Below, piece after piece: positions 1 to 8,418 of a DNA stretch of 54,968 bases. The stretch comes from Oscillospiraceae bacterium. GTDB taxonomy: Bacteria > Bacillota > Clostridia > Oscillospirales > Ruminococcaceae. The translations under genes were made by a program, and so were the position numbers. Each line of letters starts with the position of its first letter. Within the stretch, counting starts at the first letter, position 1. Location of the stretch: the NCBI GenBank assembly GCA_045590375.1, contig JAZNQY010000095.1, forward strand, positions 1 to 54,968, in the 5' to 3' direction. The notes below the pieces were generated by a model, which did no database searches, was not told where the DNA came from, and saw only the letters and a list, made by a program, of their open reading frames with translations.

Positions 1-785
1 TCTTCTGCTCTGAAAGCATCAAGTCCCGAAAGAACTATGTATTTTTCTCCGAAAAGATTACCAAGGATATTATCGGCGTTTTCTAAATCTTCTTCAAGCT
101 CTTCTTCGGATATACCCTTTTCTCTCATCTTCTTGAAAAATCTCGCAGGAATAGAAAGACCCACTACAAGACCTATAACAAGAATTACTCCTCCGACAAC
201 TGCTGCGATTATAAGTGCTATATGAGGATTTTCCCATTCTGAAGCAGGCTGATAATAGAAAAGATACGGTTCTATGTAATCAATATAATCTCCAAGTCCG
301 TAAGCTGTCATCATCTCTTCATAATAAGAAAAAAGTTCATCCTCAAGAGGATACATCGCTACTCTCGCATTTTCACCATCTTTGAAATAAGGATAAGGCA
401 GCGTTCCTGTTTCGTCTGACAGATATTCATACATAGCATTGGCTGCATCTTCAAATTTAGGAACATACGGTGAATCGACATAAACAATAGCATAAGTTTC
501 TTCGCCGTAAGGAACAACATAGTATCTTCCTTCATCATCTTCGGCGCACCAGTCGATAACACTGTAAAAAGGAAGCTTCACAAGGTCTTCAGAATAGAAA
601 TAAGCATCAAAATCAAGGACCTTTTCATCTCTTTCATAGGTATCCATTTTTTCATATGACTTTGCAAAGAAAAGATAGTTTGCTACATCGGAATTTCCGA
701 AACATATAGCAAAGAATGCAATCACTGCAATCACTGAACATAATGCAATTATTGATATTGAACGTTTAGTAAGCATCTTTCTCAT
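1..785 (-). CDS. hypothetical membrane protein, partial (C-terminus lies beyond the window edge)
   Basis: Absent from the supplied ORF track because it is open to the window edge. My reverse-complement reading from ATG 785..783 gives MRKMLTKRSISIIALCSVIAVIAFFAICFG..., an N-terminal signal anchor. An acidic/aromatic-rich middle follows, then a second hydrophobic helix (ALIIAAVVGGVILVIGLVVGLSI). I spot-checked three segments and saw no stop. An AAGGGG Shine-Dalgarno lies about 9 nt upstream. The + ORF 37..225 is its antisense shadow. Confidence 0.6.
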   Translation of the reverse strand, partial: MRKMLTKRSISIIALCSVIAVIAFFAICFGNSDVANYLFFAKSYEKMDTYERDEKVLDFDAYFYSEDLVKLPFYSVIDWCAEDDEGRYYVVPYGEETYAIVYVDSPYVPKFEDAANAMYEYLSDETGTLPYPYFKDGENARVAMYPLEDELFSYYEEMMTAYGLGDYIDYIEPYLFYYQPASEWENPHIALIIAAVVGGVILVIGLVVGLSIPARFFKKMREKGISEEELEEDLENADNILGNLFGEKYIVLSGLDAFRAE

Positions 786-791
786 TTTTCA

Positions 792-2540
792 TTACCCCTT
801 TTTAAGTTTTCCGACGATTTCTTCATCGGGTTTTACATAAAGTGTTCTGTTGTTTGTAAATATAACCATACCCGGTTTTGAACCCACAGGCTTTTTGACA
901 AATTTCACTTCAACATAGTCAACAGGAACCTGAGCAGAATTTTTACCCTTGCTGTGATATGCAGCAAGAACGGCTGCTTCAACTATCGTTTCATCAGGAA
1001 CTTCATTCCCCTCTGCGCAGATAATGACATGTGAACCGGGAATATCCTTTGTATGAAGCCATATATCTGTTTTTTCTGCAGTTTTTAAAGTGAGTTTATC
1101 ATTTTGTTTATTGTTTCTTCCGACAAGAATTTTAAAGCCATCTGATGATATAAATTCCATAGGTGGAAGTTCTTTGGGTGGTTTCTGTTTTCCACCTTTA
1201 AGCCTTAAATAACCTTGTTCGGCAAGCTCCTGACGAAGAAGAAGAACTTCGTTTTCGGTTGTCGAACGCATAAGGGAATCAAGAACACTGTCGATATATA
1301 TAAGTTCTTTTTCACCCTTTTCGATAAGTTCTGTGAGTTTTATTTCTGCATTGACGGATTTTCTGTATTCAGAATAATATTTCTGTGCATTCTGAGCAGG
1401 AGAAAGTCGTTCATCAAGAGCAATTTCGATTTCTTTATTATCATCATAATAGTTTTCGAGAACGGCTTTTTTCTGTCCTTTTTCAAGACGCCATATATTA
1501 GCGTTGATAAGGTCGCCTTTGAGTTTCAAATCATCCTTTAAATCACATTCCCTGAGTTCTTCACGCTGTAATGCAAGTTTTCTTGAAATTCTTTCTGAAG
1601 TGTTTGAAAGGAATTTTATCATATCTGACGAACGCTGTTTGAGGCGATTTGAATTATCCCTTTCAGAATAGAATTTATCAAGAGTTTCCCCTGCTGTTGA
1701 GAATGTTTTTGATGTCATAAGATTTCCATACTGTTTTATATCTGTAAAACAGAAATCTTTAAGATTGTTATTTTCATCAGTAAGAACTGTAAAATTACAA
1801 TTACCCGACAAGAGTTTTTCTCTTTCTGAAAAAATATAATCGCAGAGTTTATCGAATGTCAATTCGTCAAGGTCTTCAAGAGCCATATCCTTTCCCGATG
1901 CCCTGTCAACACATTCTCTTGCGAACAAGGGAGATATTCCTTCAAAGGTAGAAACAAGACATTTTGAAAGGTCATTATTATGCAGAGAGAAAAGCTTTTC
2001 TCTGATTTCTTCTTTTTCTGAATAAAGAAAAGAAATCTTTTCGGGTTTCGGAGGGAGAATATATGTCATTCCGGGTAAAACCATTCTCTCTCTTGACATT
2101 TCAGCGTCTACCCTTCTTATAGCGTCTATAACTCTTCCCTCACCTGAAATGAGGATGATATTCGAGCATCTTCCCATAATTTCTATGGCAACGGTCACTT
2201 TAACCATATCGCCGATTTCGTTCATACATTCAAAATCAAAATAAAGTATTCTTTCAAGACCATCCTGACGGATAGAAATAAGTTTCCCTCCACCAAGATG
2301 CTTTCTCATAAGCATACAGAACATAGGTGGAGTTTTCGGATTTTCAGGAGATGTTTCTGTGATGTGTACTCTCGCAGAGTTAGCGCCTGATGAAAAAAGC
2401 ACTTTTTTTGTACTTCCTTCAGACCTTATTGCAATGATTATTTCATCCCTCGAAGGCTGATATACTTTATCTATTCTTCCCCCGACAAGAGAGGAAAGTT
2501 CATTTTTTACAGCATATAAAAATGCTCCGTCGAGTGCCAT
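792..2540 (-). CDS. rqcH: RqcH / NFACT-family ribosome quality-control protein (FbpA-like)
   Basis: 582 aa. It has an NFACT-N-type N-terminus (MALDGAFLYAVKNEL...IDKVYQP), a central coiled coil and a C-terminal NFACT-R/DUF814 block (DIWLHTKDIPGSHVII). Confidence 0.85.
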   Translation of the reverse strand: MALDGAFLYAVKNELSSLVGGRIDKVYQPSRDEIIIAIRSEGSTKKVLFSSGANSARVHITETSPENPKTPPMFCMLMRKHLGGGKLISIRQDGLERILYFDFECMNEIGDMVKVTVAIEIMGRCSNIILISGEGRVIDAIRRVDAEMSRERMVLPGMTYILPPKPEKISFLYSEKEEIREKLFSLHNNDLSKCLVSTFEGISPLFARECVDRASGKDMALEDLDELTFDKLCDYIFSEREKLLSGNCNFTVLTDENNNLKDFCFTDIKQYGNLMTSKTFSTAGETLDKFYSERDNSNRLKQRSSDMIKFLSNTSERISRKLALQREELRECDLKDDLKLKGDLINANIWRLEKGQKKAVLENYYDDNKEIEIALDERLSPAQNAQKYYSEYRKSVNAEIKLTELIEKGEKELIYIDSVLDSLMRSTTENEVLLLRQELAEQGYLRLKGGKQKPPKELPPMEFISSDGFKILVGRNNKQNDKLTLKTAEKTDIWLHTKDIPGSHVIICAEGNEVPDETIVEAAVLAAYHSKGKNSAQVPVDYVEVKFVKKPVGSKPGMVIFTNNRTLYVKPDEEIVGKLKKG

Positions 2541-2555
2541 AAATCCTCCGTAAAA

Positions 2556-3350
2556 TTAAAATTTGTATTCTACAACATCTGTTCCTTTTTCGGCAGGTAA
2601 AAACTCTGCATCTGAAATCTCTGATGACAGAAGTTTTACAAGATAATCAACCATTATAACCTCGGTATGATAATGTCCACAATCAAAAAGAGAAACCGAG
2701 AGATTTTTTGCTGCTATCCAGCGATCGTGTTTTACATCACCACAGATATAAGCGTCTGCGCCTTTTTCATAAGCAAGAGTGAGAAGAGATCCTCCTCCAC
2801 CTGAACAGTATGCGATTTTCTTTATCTTATCTTTTCCCAAACAATACTTCACAACTGTGCAACCAAAGATTTTTTTGAGCATTTCTGCTGTTTCTTCAGG
2901 GGTAAATTCTTTTTCTGAAACACATACTTTTCCATAACCGTAATCTTCACCAACAACCTCGAGAATTTCAGGATTATCTTCAAGTGAAAAAGGTTCCTTT
3001 AACATATCAAAAATAATATCGTTTATACCACCTTTCGCAACGTCAAGACAGGTATGTGTACAGATTGCAGAAATGCCATATCTTGCGAGATTATATATAG
3101 GTGTTTTTTTATCAATATTTCCGAATTCTTCATATCTGAAATTGAAAACAGGATGATGTGAAATTATAAGGTCTGCGCCTTTTTCTTTTGCCTCTTCAAT
3201 AACATCATTTGTTATATCAAGGGCTATCAAGACTTTAGAAACAGTATCTTCTCTGCTACCAACAAGAATACCTGAATTATCGTATTTATCGGCTCTTTTA
3301 AAAGGTGCTGATTTATCTAAAATATCGTAGATTTTACCTACCGTTGTCAT
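2556..3350 (-). CDS. Nif3-like dinuclear metal-centre protein (YqfO family)
   Basis: 264 aa with NIF3 hallmarks LIISHHPVFNF and C-terminal CGHYHTE. It lies directly downstream of trmK, as in the Bacillus yqfN-yqfO pair. Confidence 0.85.
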   Translation of the reverse strand: MTTVGKIYDILDKSAPFKRADKYDNSGILVGSREDTVSKVLIALDITNDVIEEAKEKGADLIISHHPVFNFRYEEFGNIDKKTPIYNLARYGISAICTHTCLDVAKGGINDIIFDMLKEPFSLEDNPEILEVVGEDYGYGKVCVSEKEFTPEETAEMLKKIFGCTVVKYCLGKDKIKKIAYCSGGGGSLLTLAYEKGADAYICGDVKHDRWIAAKNLSVSLFDCGHYHTEVIMVDYLVKLLSSEISDAEFLPAEKGTDVVEYKF

Positions 3351-3352
3351 AG

Positions 3353-4030
3353 TTATCTTCCTTTCAGAAAATCATCAAAAACTTTTGCAATTTTTTTGTG
3401 TTCTTCTATGTATTTTGTATCGCCTGATTGTTTCATTCCGTTTATAATCTTATTTTCTTTTGAGAAAAAAAGTTCGGCATAAGCTATATTATGAGGGTTT
3501 TTATCATCACATATTCTGCCGAGCCATTTTTCTTTGAGAGAAACATTTTCTTTTTTAATTCCCGTATATTTAAAACAGATGACTGTATATGCGTGATTTT
3601 TATCGGAGGCACACTCTTCTTTTACAATTTCGTATCCGTTTTTCATAAGGGATTCACGCAGAATTTCGGGCTTTGTCATAGGTTGTAAAACAAGGTTTAC
3701 GTCATTTTTAAGCCACTGTGTTCTGAGGACTATATCAGATATAAGTTCTCCTCCCATCCCTGCTATAACCACATCGGTTATGCCATCGGGAGATATATTA
3801 TCAAGGCCGTCTGATTTTATAACTTCTGCTTTATCAGAAAGATTATTTTTTTCAATAGTTGTTCTTGCAGATAAAAGTGGACCATCGGCTATATCGCAGG
3901 CTATTGCAGAAACAGATTTTCCACTCATAAGAAGATATGCAACAAGATAGGCATGGTCTGTTCCTACATCGCAGACTCTTCCTCCATCCGTTACAAACTT
4001 TGCACAAAGAGATAATCTTTCATCAAGCAT
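3353..4030 (-). CDS. trmK: tRNA (adenine22-N1)-methyltransferase TrmK
   Basis: Contains the SAM-MTase motif VCDVGTDHAYLVAYLL typical of TrmK/YqfN. I trimmed the start to MLDERLSL (ATG 4030), because the ORF-track start at 4066 adds 12 non-conserved residues. Confidence 0.8.
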   Translation of the reverse strand: MLDERLSLCAKFVTDGGRVCDVGTDHAYLVAYLLMSGKSVSAIACDIADGPLLSARTTIEKNNLSDKAEVIKSDGLDNISPDGITDVVIAGMGGELISDIVLRTQWLKNDVNLVLQPMTKPEILRESLMKNGYEIVKEECASDKNHAYTVICFKYTGIKKENVSLKEKWLGRICDDKNPHNIAYAELFFSKENKIINGMKQSGDTKYIEEHKKIAKVFDDFLKGR

Positions 4031-4097
4031 AAAAATATCCCCCAGAAATACAGAATAAGGGCGCACTCCCCTAAAGGAGACGCCCTTTAAGACTTTT

Positions 4098-4301
4098 TTA
4101 CTTATCAGCTAAAAATGCGTTGATTTTAGCAACGAGTTCATCAGCGTTTACGCCATGAACTTCGCAAGCCTGTGCTATTGATTCGCCTCTTGCAGAGGGA
4201 CAGCCGAGACAATGCATACCCATTTCAAGAAAGAAAGGAGCTGTGTCTGTATTCATATCGAGAACATCGCCTATGATTGAATCTTTTGTTATCTGTGCCA
4301 T
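4098..4301 (-). CDS. DUF1858 / hybrid-cluster-protein-associated redox disulfide domain protein
   Basis: 67 aa with the characteristic GMHCLGCPSARGESIAQA core and ITKD...IGDVL N-terminus. Confidence 0.75.
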   Translation of the reverse strand: MAQITKDSIIGDVLDMNTDTAPFFLEMGMHCLGCPSARGESIAQACEVHGVNADELVAKINAFLADK

Positions 4302-4370
4302 TTCAAATATTCCTCCGATCGAAAAATTTCAACAAAAATATTATACCACAATATATGTATTTATGCAAGT

Positions 4371-4403
4371 AAAAAAATATCCCGTATCGTAAGACACGGG
4401 ATA
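4371..4403 (-). terminator. rho-independent terminator after the zinc-ribbon gene
   Basis: Stem TATCCCGT (4378..4385) pairs with ACGGGATA (4396..4403). On the minus strand it is followed by a 7-T run (plus A-run 4371..4377). Confidence 0.75.
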
Positions 4404-4419
4404 CTGTAAATCCAGGAAA

Positions 4420-4698
4420 TTAGCCCTGTTCTTTCTGCTTAGCAAAACATTCACTGCAGTATACAGGTCTGTCTTCACGGGGCTTGAAAGGAACCTTAGC
4501 TTCTGCACCACAAGCAGCGCATGTTGCTATAAACATTTCTCTTTCGCCCTTAGCAGCGTTCTTTCTTGCATCACGGCAAGCTTTACATCTCTGGGGTTCG
4601 TTTACAAAGCCTTTTTCAGCATAAAATTCCTGTTCGCCGGCTGTGAACACAAATTCGTTGCCACATTCTTTGCATACAAGTGTCTTGTCTTCGTACAT
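4420..4698 (-). CDS. double zinc-ribbon domain protein (four CxxC pairs), function unknown
   Basis: MYEDKTLVCKECGNEFVFTAGEQEFYAEKGF...CKAC...CAAC...CSEC. I set the start at ATG 4698, which is preceded by GAGGGAAACACT. The ORF-track N-terminal extension has no RBS. Confidence 0.7.
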   Translation of the reverse strand: MYEDKTLVCKECGNEFVFTAGEQEFYAEKGFVNEPQRCKACRDARKNAAKGEREMFIATCAACGAEAKVPFKPREDRPVYCSECFAKQKEQG

Positions 4699-4826
4699 AG
4701 TGTTTCCCTCACTTAAATATTTTTTTGCCTCAGACGGACTTGCACCGACACCTTTGATGTAAAAAAACAACAACGCTCTGCAATTAAGCTATTAGGCCAT
4801 ATAAAACAGCCGAAGCTGTTTATTTC

Positions 4827-5399
4827 TTATAAACTTTCGTTATGAAACGCAAGACGGAGTTTTCTTCTTACTCTCTGAAGTGCGTTATCAACGGCTTTAG
4901 GAGATGAACTTATAGCTTTGGCTATATTTTCATACGACTCACCCTTAAGGAAGAGTTTAAAAACCCTTCTTTCTTTATCAGAAAAATTTTCTTTCATTAT
5001 TCTTGAAACTTCTTCTGAAAGAAGCTTTGAGAAAAAGATACTCTCGGGAGTATTGTTATCAGGCTCAGAAACAGGCTGTTCTTCAAATACTTCCATATCT
5101 CTCTTAGGCAAAGCAGATACCATTTTATTAAATATACATTTGTTTGCATAAGTTGAAAAAGAAACATTCTTCTCGGGATCAAACGCTCTGACTGCACTTA
5201 TAAGGCCCAAAAAACCTTCCTGCATCATATCTTCACGTTCTGAAAAATCCACATACATAGCAGATGCCTTTGATTTTACAACATAAGCATATCTCGAAAC
5301 TATGACAGGGATTAAATCCTCTCCCTCGTGACAAAGGGCGACAAGCTGTTCATCCGTCATTAATGAAAATTTATCTCCTTCTACGGAATTACGCTGCAT
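4827..5399 (-). CDS. sigma-70 family RNA polymerase sigma factor, SigH-like (regions 2 and 4 only)
   Basis: 190 aa. Region 2 is REDMMQEGFLGLISAVRAFDPEKNVSFSTYANKCI. Region 4 is ERRVFKLFLKGESYENIAKAISSSPKAVDNALQRVRRKL. The DNALQRV(K/R)RKL tail closely resembles Bacillus SigH as I remember it. Confidence 0.8.
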   Translation of the reverse strand: MQRNSVEGDKFSLMTDEQLVALCHEGEDLIPVIVSRYAYVVKSKASAMYVDFSEREDMMQEGFLGLISAVRAFDPEKNVSFSTYANKCIFNKMVSALPKRDMEVFEEQPVSEPDNNTPESIFFSKLLSEEVSRIMKENFSDKERRVFKLFLKGESYENIAKAISSSPKAVDNALQRVRRKLRLAFHNESL

Positions 5400-5443
5400 A
5401 ACACACCCCTTAATGATACTGAAAACATATCTTCACATTCTCT

Positions 5444-5472
5444 ATCTTATCAGTCGTACATAAATTTGTCAA
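5444..5472 (-). promoter_or_regulatory. sigma-A-type promoter of the SigH-like sigma gene
   Basis: Minus strand reads TTGACA (5472..5467), 17 nt, TAAGAT (5449..5444), about 45 nt upstream of the ATG. Confidence 0.55.
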
Positions 5473-5550
5473 GAATTATTAAAAATAATTTCTATTTTGG
5501 ACAAAAAAAGATGACCAAATATATCCAATTACACCAAAACAATTCAATAG

Positions 5551-5586
5551 AAAAATACAGCCTATGCAATATTGCAAAGGCTGTAT
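5551..5586 (-). terminator. rho-independent terminator after the hydro-lyase beta-subunit gene
   Basis: Long hairpin ATACAGCCT...AGGCTGTAT whose apical part (TGCAATATTGCA) is itself palindromic. A T-run follows on the minus strand (plus A-run 5551..5555). Confidence 0.7.
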
Positions 5587-5591
5587 CAAAA

Positions 5592-6143
5592 TTATTCGCA
5601 ATATTTTTTTCTGCCTTCAGAGAATATATCTCCTCCGTGGCAATCGTTAGCGACAATAAGTGGAAAATCAGATATTGTCAGTTTTTTTACAGACTCACAA
5701 CCAAGGTCATGAAAAGCGATAATATCACATGACTTTATACAGTCAGCAGCTAACGCCCCTGCACCACCTATAGCACAGAAATAAATTGCCTTATTTCTGA
5801 CAACGGCATCGCGCACTTCTTCTGAACGTTCGCCCTTGCCTATCATAGCAACAAGACCCATATCAAGAAGCTTCGGAGCAAATTTATCCATTCTGCCTGA
5901 TGTTGTCGGACCACAAGAACCTATCGCCTTTCCCTCAGGAGCAGGAGTAGGACCTGCATAATAAACAACAGAACCTTTTATATCAACAGGAAGAGGCTTA
6001 TTTTCTTCAATAAAGGAGAAGAAACGCTTATGCGCTGCATCTCTCGCAGTAAAAATTTCACCACTGAGAAGAACTTTATCGCCCACCCTTAGTTTTTCGG
6101 CATAATCAGAAAGTTGTGAAACCGTAATTTTATAGGTTGACAT
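5592..6143 (-). CDS. Fe-S hydro-lyase beta subunit (class I fumarate hydratase / L(+)-tartrate dehydratase beta, FumA C-terminal/TtdB family)
   Basis: About 183 aa. The motifs LSGEIFTARDAAHKR, VYYAGPTPAP, CGPTTSGRMD and AMIGKGERS are typical of the beta subunit. The start is taken at ATG 6143, and the ORF-track first codon is a TTG at 6146. Confidence 0.8.
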   Translation of the reverse strand: MSTYKITVSQLSDYAEKLRVGDKVLLSGEIFTARDAAHKRFFSFIEENKPLPVDIKGSVVYYAGPTPAPEGKAIGSCGPTTSGRMDKFAPKLLDMGLVAMIGKGERSEEVRDAVVRNKAIYFCAIGGAGALAADCIKSCDIIAFHDLGCESVKKLTISDFPLIVANDCHGGDIFSEGRKKYCE

Positions 6144-6146
6144 CAA

Positions 6147-7001
6147 TTAGCCTTCCTTTTTAGCCTCAGCTTCAACTGCATTGAGAAGATCGCTGAAGTC
6201 GCCCATGCTTACAGAAGCCTTCTTTGGAGGTTCTTTAGCAGGTGCTTCCTTGGGAACTGATGAGTATGACTTTACTGCTGAAGTAAATGTGCCTGCTGCA
6301 ATGTTCTTCTGAGCATCGTCGATAGTAGCCTTTGCAGCTTCGATAGCTGTTGTGCTTTCCTTTGTGAAGTTAGCGATTGTTGCATTGAGGTTATTGAAGT
6401 TTTCGAGAAGACGGTCAATATCGCCCTTAACCTGAGCCTTTGTCTGATTAGCGATAGCCTTAACGCCTTCGCTTTCACGTTCTGCATCATAGATAATTCT
6501 TGCTGCCTTTGTATTAGCATCGTTGATAACTTCTTCTGCGAGTGCCTTTGAGTCAGCTTCCATCTTCTTAGCATTTTCTCTCGCCTGTGCAACTACTGCG
6601 TTTGCAGACTTCTGAGCTTCGATAAATACATTAGAAATATCTGCTGCGCTTGCTTCAAAGTTATCCTTAGGAGCGTTAGCGAGCTTATCGTTGAGTTCAT
6701 CAATTTCAGCCTTGAGCTTTGCGATTTCTTCATCCTTAGCCTTGATTACTTCTTCATTGCTCTGGATTGTGAGGTTGAGTGTGTCAACCTTAGCCTTGAA
6801 TTCGCTTGCCGCTGCTCTTTCCTTAGCGAGAAGAGCATCGAGTTCAGCGTTGTTACTTCCTGAACCACCGTTTGCCTTTGCTTCCTGAAGTTCTGCTTCA
6901 AGAGAATAGATTTTGGTGTTGAGACTGTCAACGTATGCAAGTACGTCCTTCTTATCGAATCCACCAAAGTTTACCGTTTTTAAGAAACCGGAATTTTCCA
7001 T
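6147..7001 (-). CDS. DivIVA-domain-like coiled-coil protein
   Basis: The N-terminus FLKTVNFGGFDKKDVLAYVDSL resembles the DivIVA/GpsB F-x-GYD-x-x-EV-x-FLD motif. The rest is Ala/Glu/Lys-rich coiled coil. It lies immediately downstream of ftsZ. Confidence 0.55.
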   Translation of the reverse strand: MENSGFLKTVNFGGFDKKDVLAYVDSLNTKIYSLEAELQEAKANGGSGSNNAELDALLAKERAAASEFKAKVDTLNLTIQSNEEVIKAKDEEIAKLKAEIDELNDKLANAPKDNFEASAADISNVFIEAQKSANAVVAQARENAKKMEADSKALAEEVINDANTKAARIIYDAERESEGVKAIANQTKAQVKGDIDRLLENFNNLNATIANFTKESTTAIEAAKATIDDAQKNIAAGTFTSAVKSYSSVPKEAPAKEPPKKASVSMGDFSDLLNAVEAEAKKEG

Positions 7002-7193
7002 AATATACCTCCTGAAAATATATAGAATGTTAGTTAAAAGTGCAAATCAGCATTTTTAAACAAAATATTATAGCCTTATGACTATACTGTTACACAATGA
7101 TTATATCACATTATTTTTGATATTTCAAGTAAAGGTGCAAACGAGCGTAGAGAAAATCCACGCTCGTTTTTATGCAACTTGTGCAATAAATAC

Positions 7194-8267
7194 TTATTTA
7201 TTATCAAGAATCTTGAAGATGTCAAACATTTCATCTGTGTGTGTGAGGTCAGCAGTTGAAACGCTACCTGTAGAGCTGAGAAGGGGGTTATCAATCTTGA
7301 TAACATCGGGGGCATCAAATCCTGCTGCTACTACTGTGATGAACATTTCATCGTGGAATTCTTCCTTGAATGATGCACCGAAGATAACTTCAGCACCATC
7401 TGCAGCTGCGTCTGTGATGAGTTTTGTCGCTGTATCAACATCTGATGAAAGAACATCTTCTGACATAACGATATTGACAAGAACTCTTGTAGCACCACTG
7501 ATTGATGTTTCGAGAAGTGGGCTTGAAATAACTGCGTTTGCAGCTTCAGAAGCCTTATCCTTACCTGCACCATGACCTATAGCCATATGAGCATAGCCTG
7601 CATCCTTCATGATTGAAGAAACATCGGCAAAGTCAAGGTTGATAAATCCGTTTTCTGTTATAAGGTCAGAAATGCTCTTTACACCTGTTTTGAGAATATC
7701 ATCAGCGAGAGCAAAACTTTCTTTCATTGTAAGAGGCTTTTCATTCCCGAGAAGAAGCTTTTCGTTAGGAATAACGATAAGTGAGTCAACATGCTTCTTG
7801 AGTTCTTCAATGCCTGCTTCAGCCTGCTTCATTTTCTGTTCTCTTTCGAAAAGGAAAGGCTTTGTTACAACAGCAACTGTAAGAATTTCCATTTCCTTTG
7901 CAACTTCAGCAACAACGGGAGCAGCACCTGTTCCTGTTCCACCACCCATACCTGCTGTAATGAAGACCATATTTGCGCCCTTAAGAGCAGCAGCGATTTC
8001 TTCACGGTTTTCCTGTGCTGAACGTTCACCCACTTCGGGCTTGTTTCCTGCGCCTCTGCCCTTTGTGAGCTTTGTTCCTATCTGAATCTTTGTTGTAGCC
8101 TTTGAGCTTCTGAGCGCCATAGCGTCTGTATTTACAGATATGTATTCAATATCCTTTATTCCTGTTGATACCATGCAGTTAAGGGCGTTACCGCCGCCAC
8201 CACCGACACCGACAACCTTTATATTTACGACAGGCTCTGTTTCATTATCAATAGTAAAAACTGCCAT
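7194..8267 (-). CDS. ftsZ: cell division GTPase FtsZ
   Basis: Contains GVGGGGGNALNCM, the tubulin signature GGGTGTGAAPVVAE and a C-terminal peptide DEMFDIFKIL. Confidence 0.97.
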   Translation of the reverse strand: MAVFTIDNETEPVVNIKVVGVGGGGGNALNCMVSTGIKDIEYISVNTDAMALRSSKATTKIQIGTKLTKGRGAGNKPEVGERSAQENREEIAAALKGANMVFITAGMGGGTGTGAAPVVAEVAKEMEILTVAVVTKPFLFEREQKMKQAEAGIEELKKHVDSLIVIPNEKLLLGNEKPLTMKESFALADDILKTGVKSISDLITENGFINLDFADVSSIMKDAGYAHMAIGHGAGKDKASEAANAVISSPLLETSISGATRVLVNIVMSEDVLSSDVDTATKLITDAAADGAEVIFGASFKEEFHDEMFITVVAAGFDAPDVIKIDNPLLSSTGSVSTADLTHTDEMFDIFKILDNK

Positions 8268-8319
8268 TATTCTTTCCTCCTGCTAAAACTTTTGCAGAAT
8301 ATATCTACATTTATACTTT

Positions 8320-8348
8320 ATCATAACACACTTTGAATTTTATTGCAA
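8320..8348 (-). promoter_or_regulatory. sigma-A-type promoter for ftsZ
   Basis: Minus strand reads TTGCAA (8348..8343), 17 nt, TATGAT (8325..8320), with a TGt extended -10. It sits just downstream of the ftsQ terminator. Confidence 0.55.
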
Positions 8349-8379
8349 GGATTTTTTCAAAAAAAGTTTATAAAGAACA

Positions 8380-8415
8380 AAAAGTCCCTCGAAAAATAGT
8401 TTTCAGGGGACTTTT
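8380..8415 (-). terminator. rho-independent terminator after ftsQ/divIB
   Basis: Hairpin AAAAGTCCCTCGAAAA / TTTTCAGGGGACTTTT lies directly after the stop codon. TTTTTGTTC follows on the minus strand. Confidence 0.7.
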
Positions 8416-8418
8416 CAT

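Noticed and set aside
6272-6967. Overlapping ORFs (6272..6592 -, 6691..6888 +, 6746..6967 -) within the DivIVA-like gene
   Set aside because: They are low-complexity alternative-frame products of a repetitive Ala/Glu/Lys coiled-coil coding sequence. The 284-aa frame has the RBS (AGGAGGTATATT) and the DivIVA-like N-terminus.
7078-8085. Two long + strand ORFs (7078..7575 and 7609..8085) antisense to ftsZ
   Set aside because: Both lie within or opposite ftsZ. They are Ser/Ala-rich mirror translations of a Gly/Ala-rich gene, and no start context is present.
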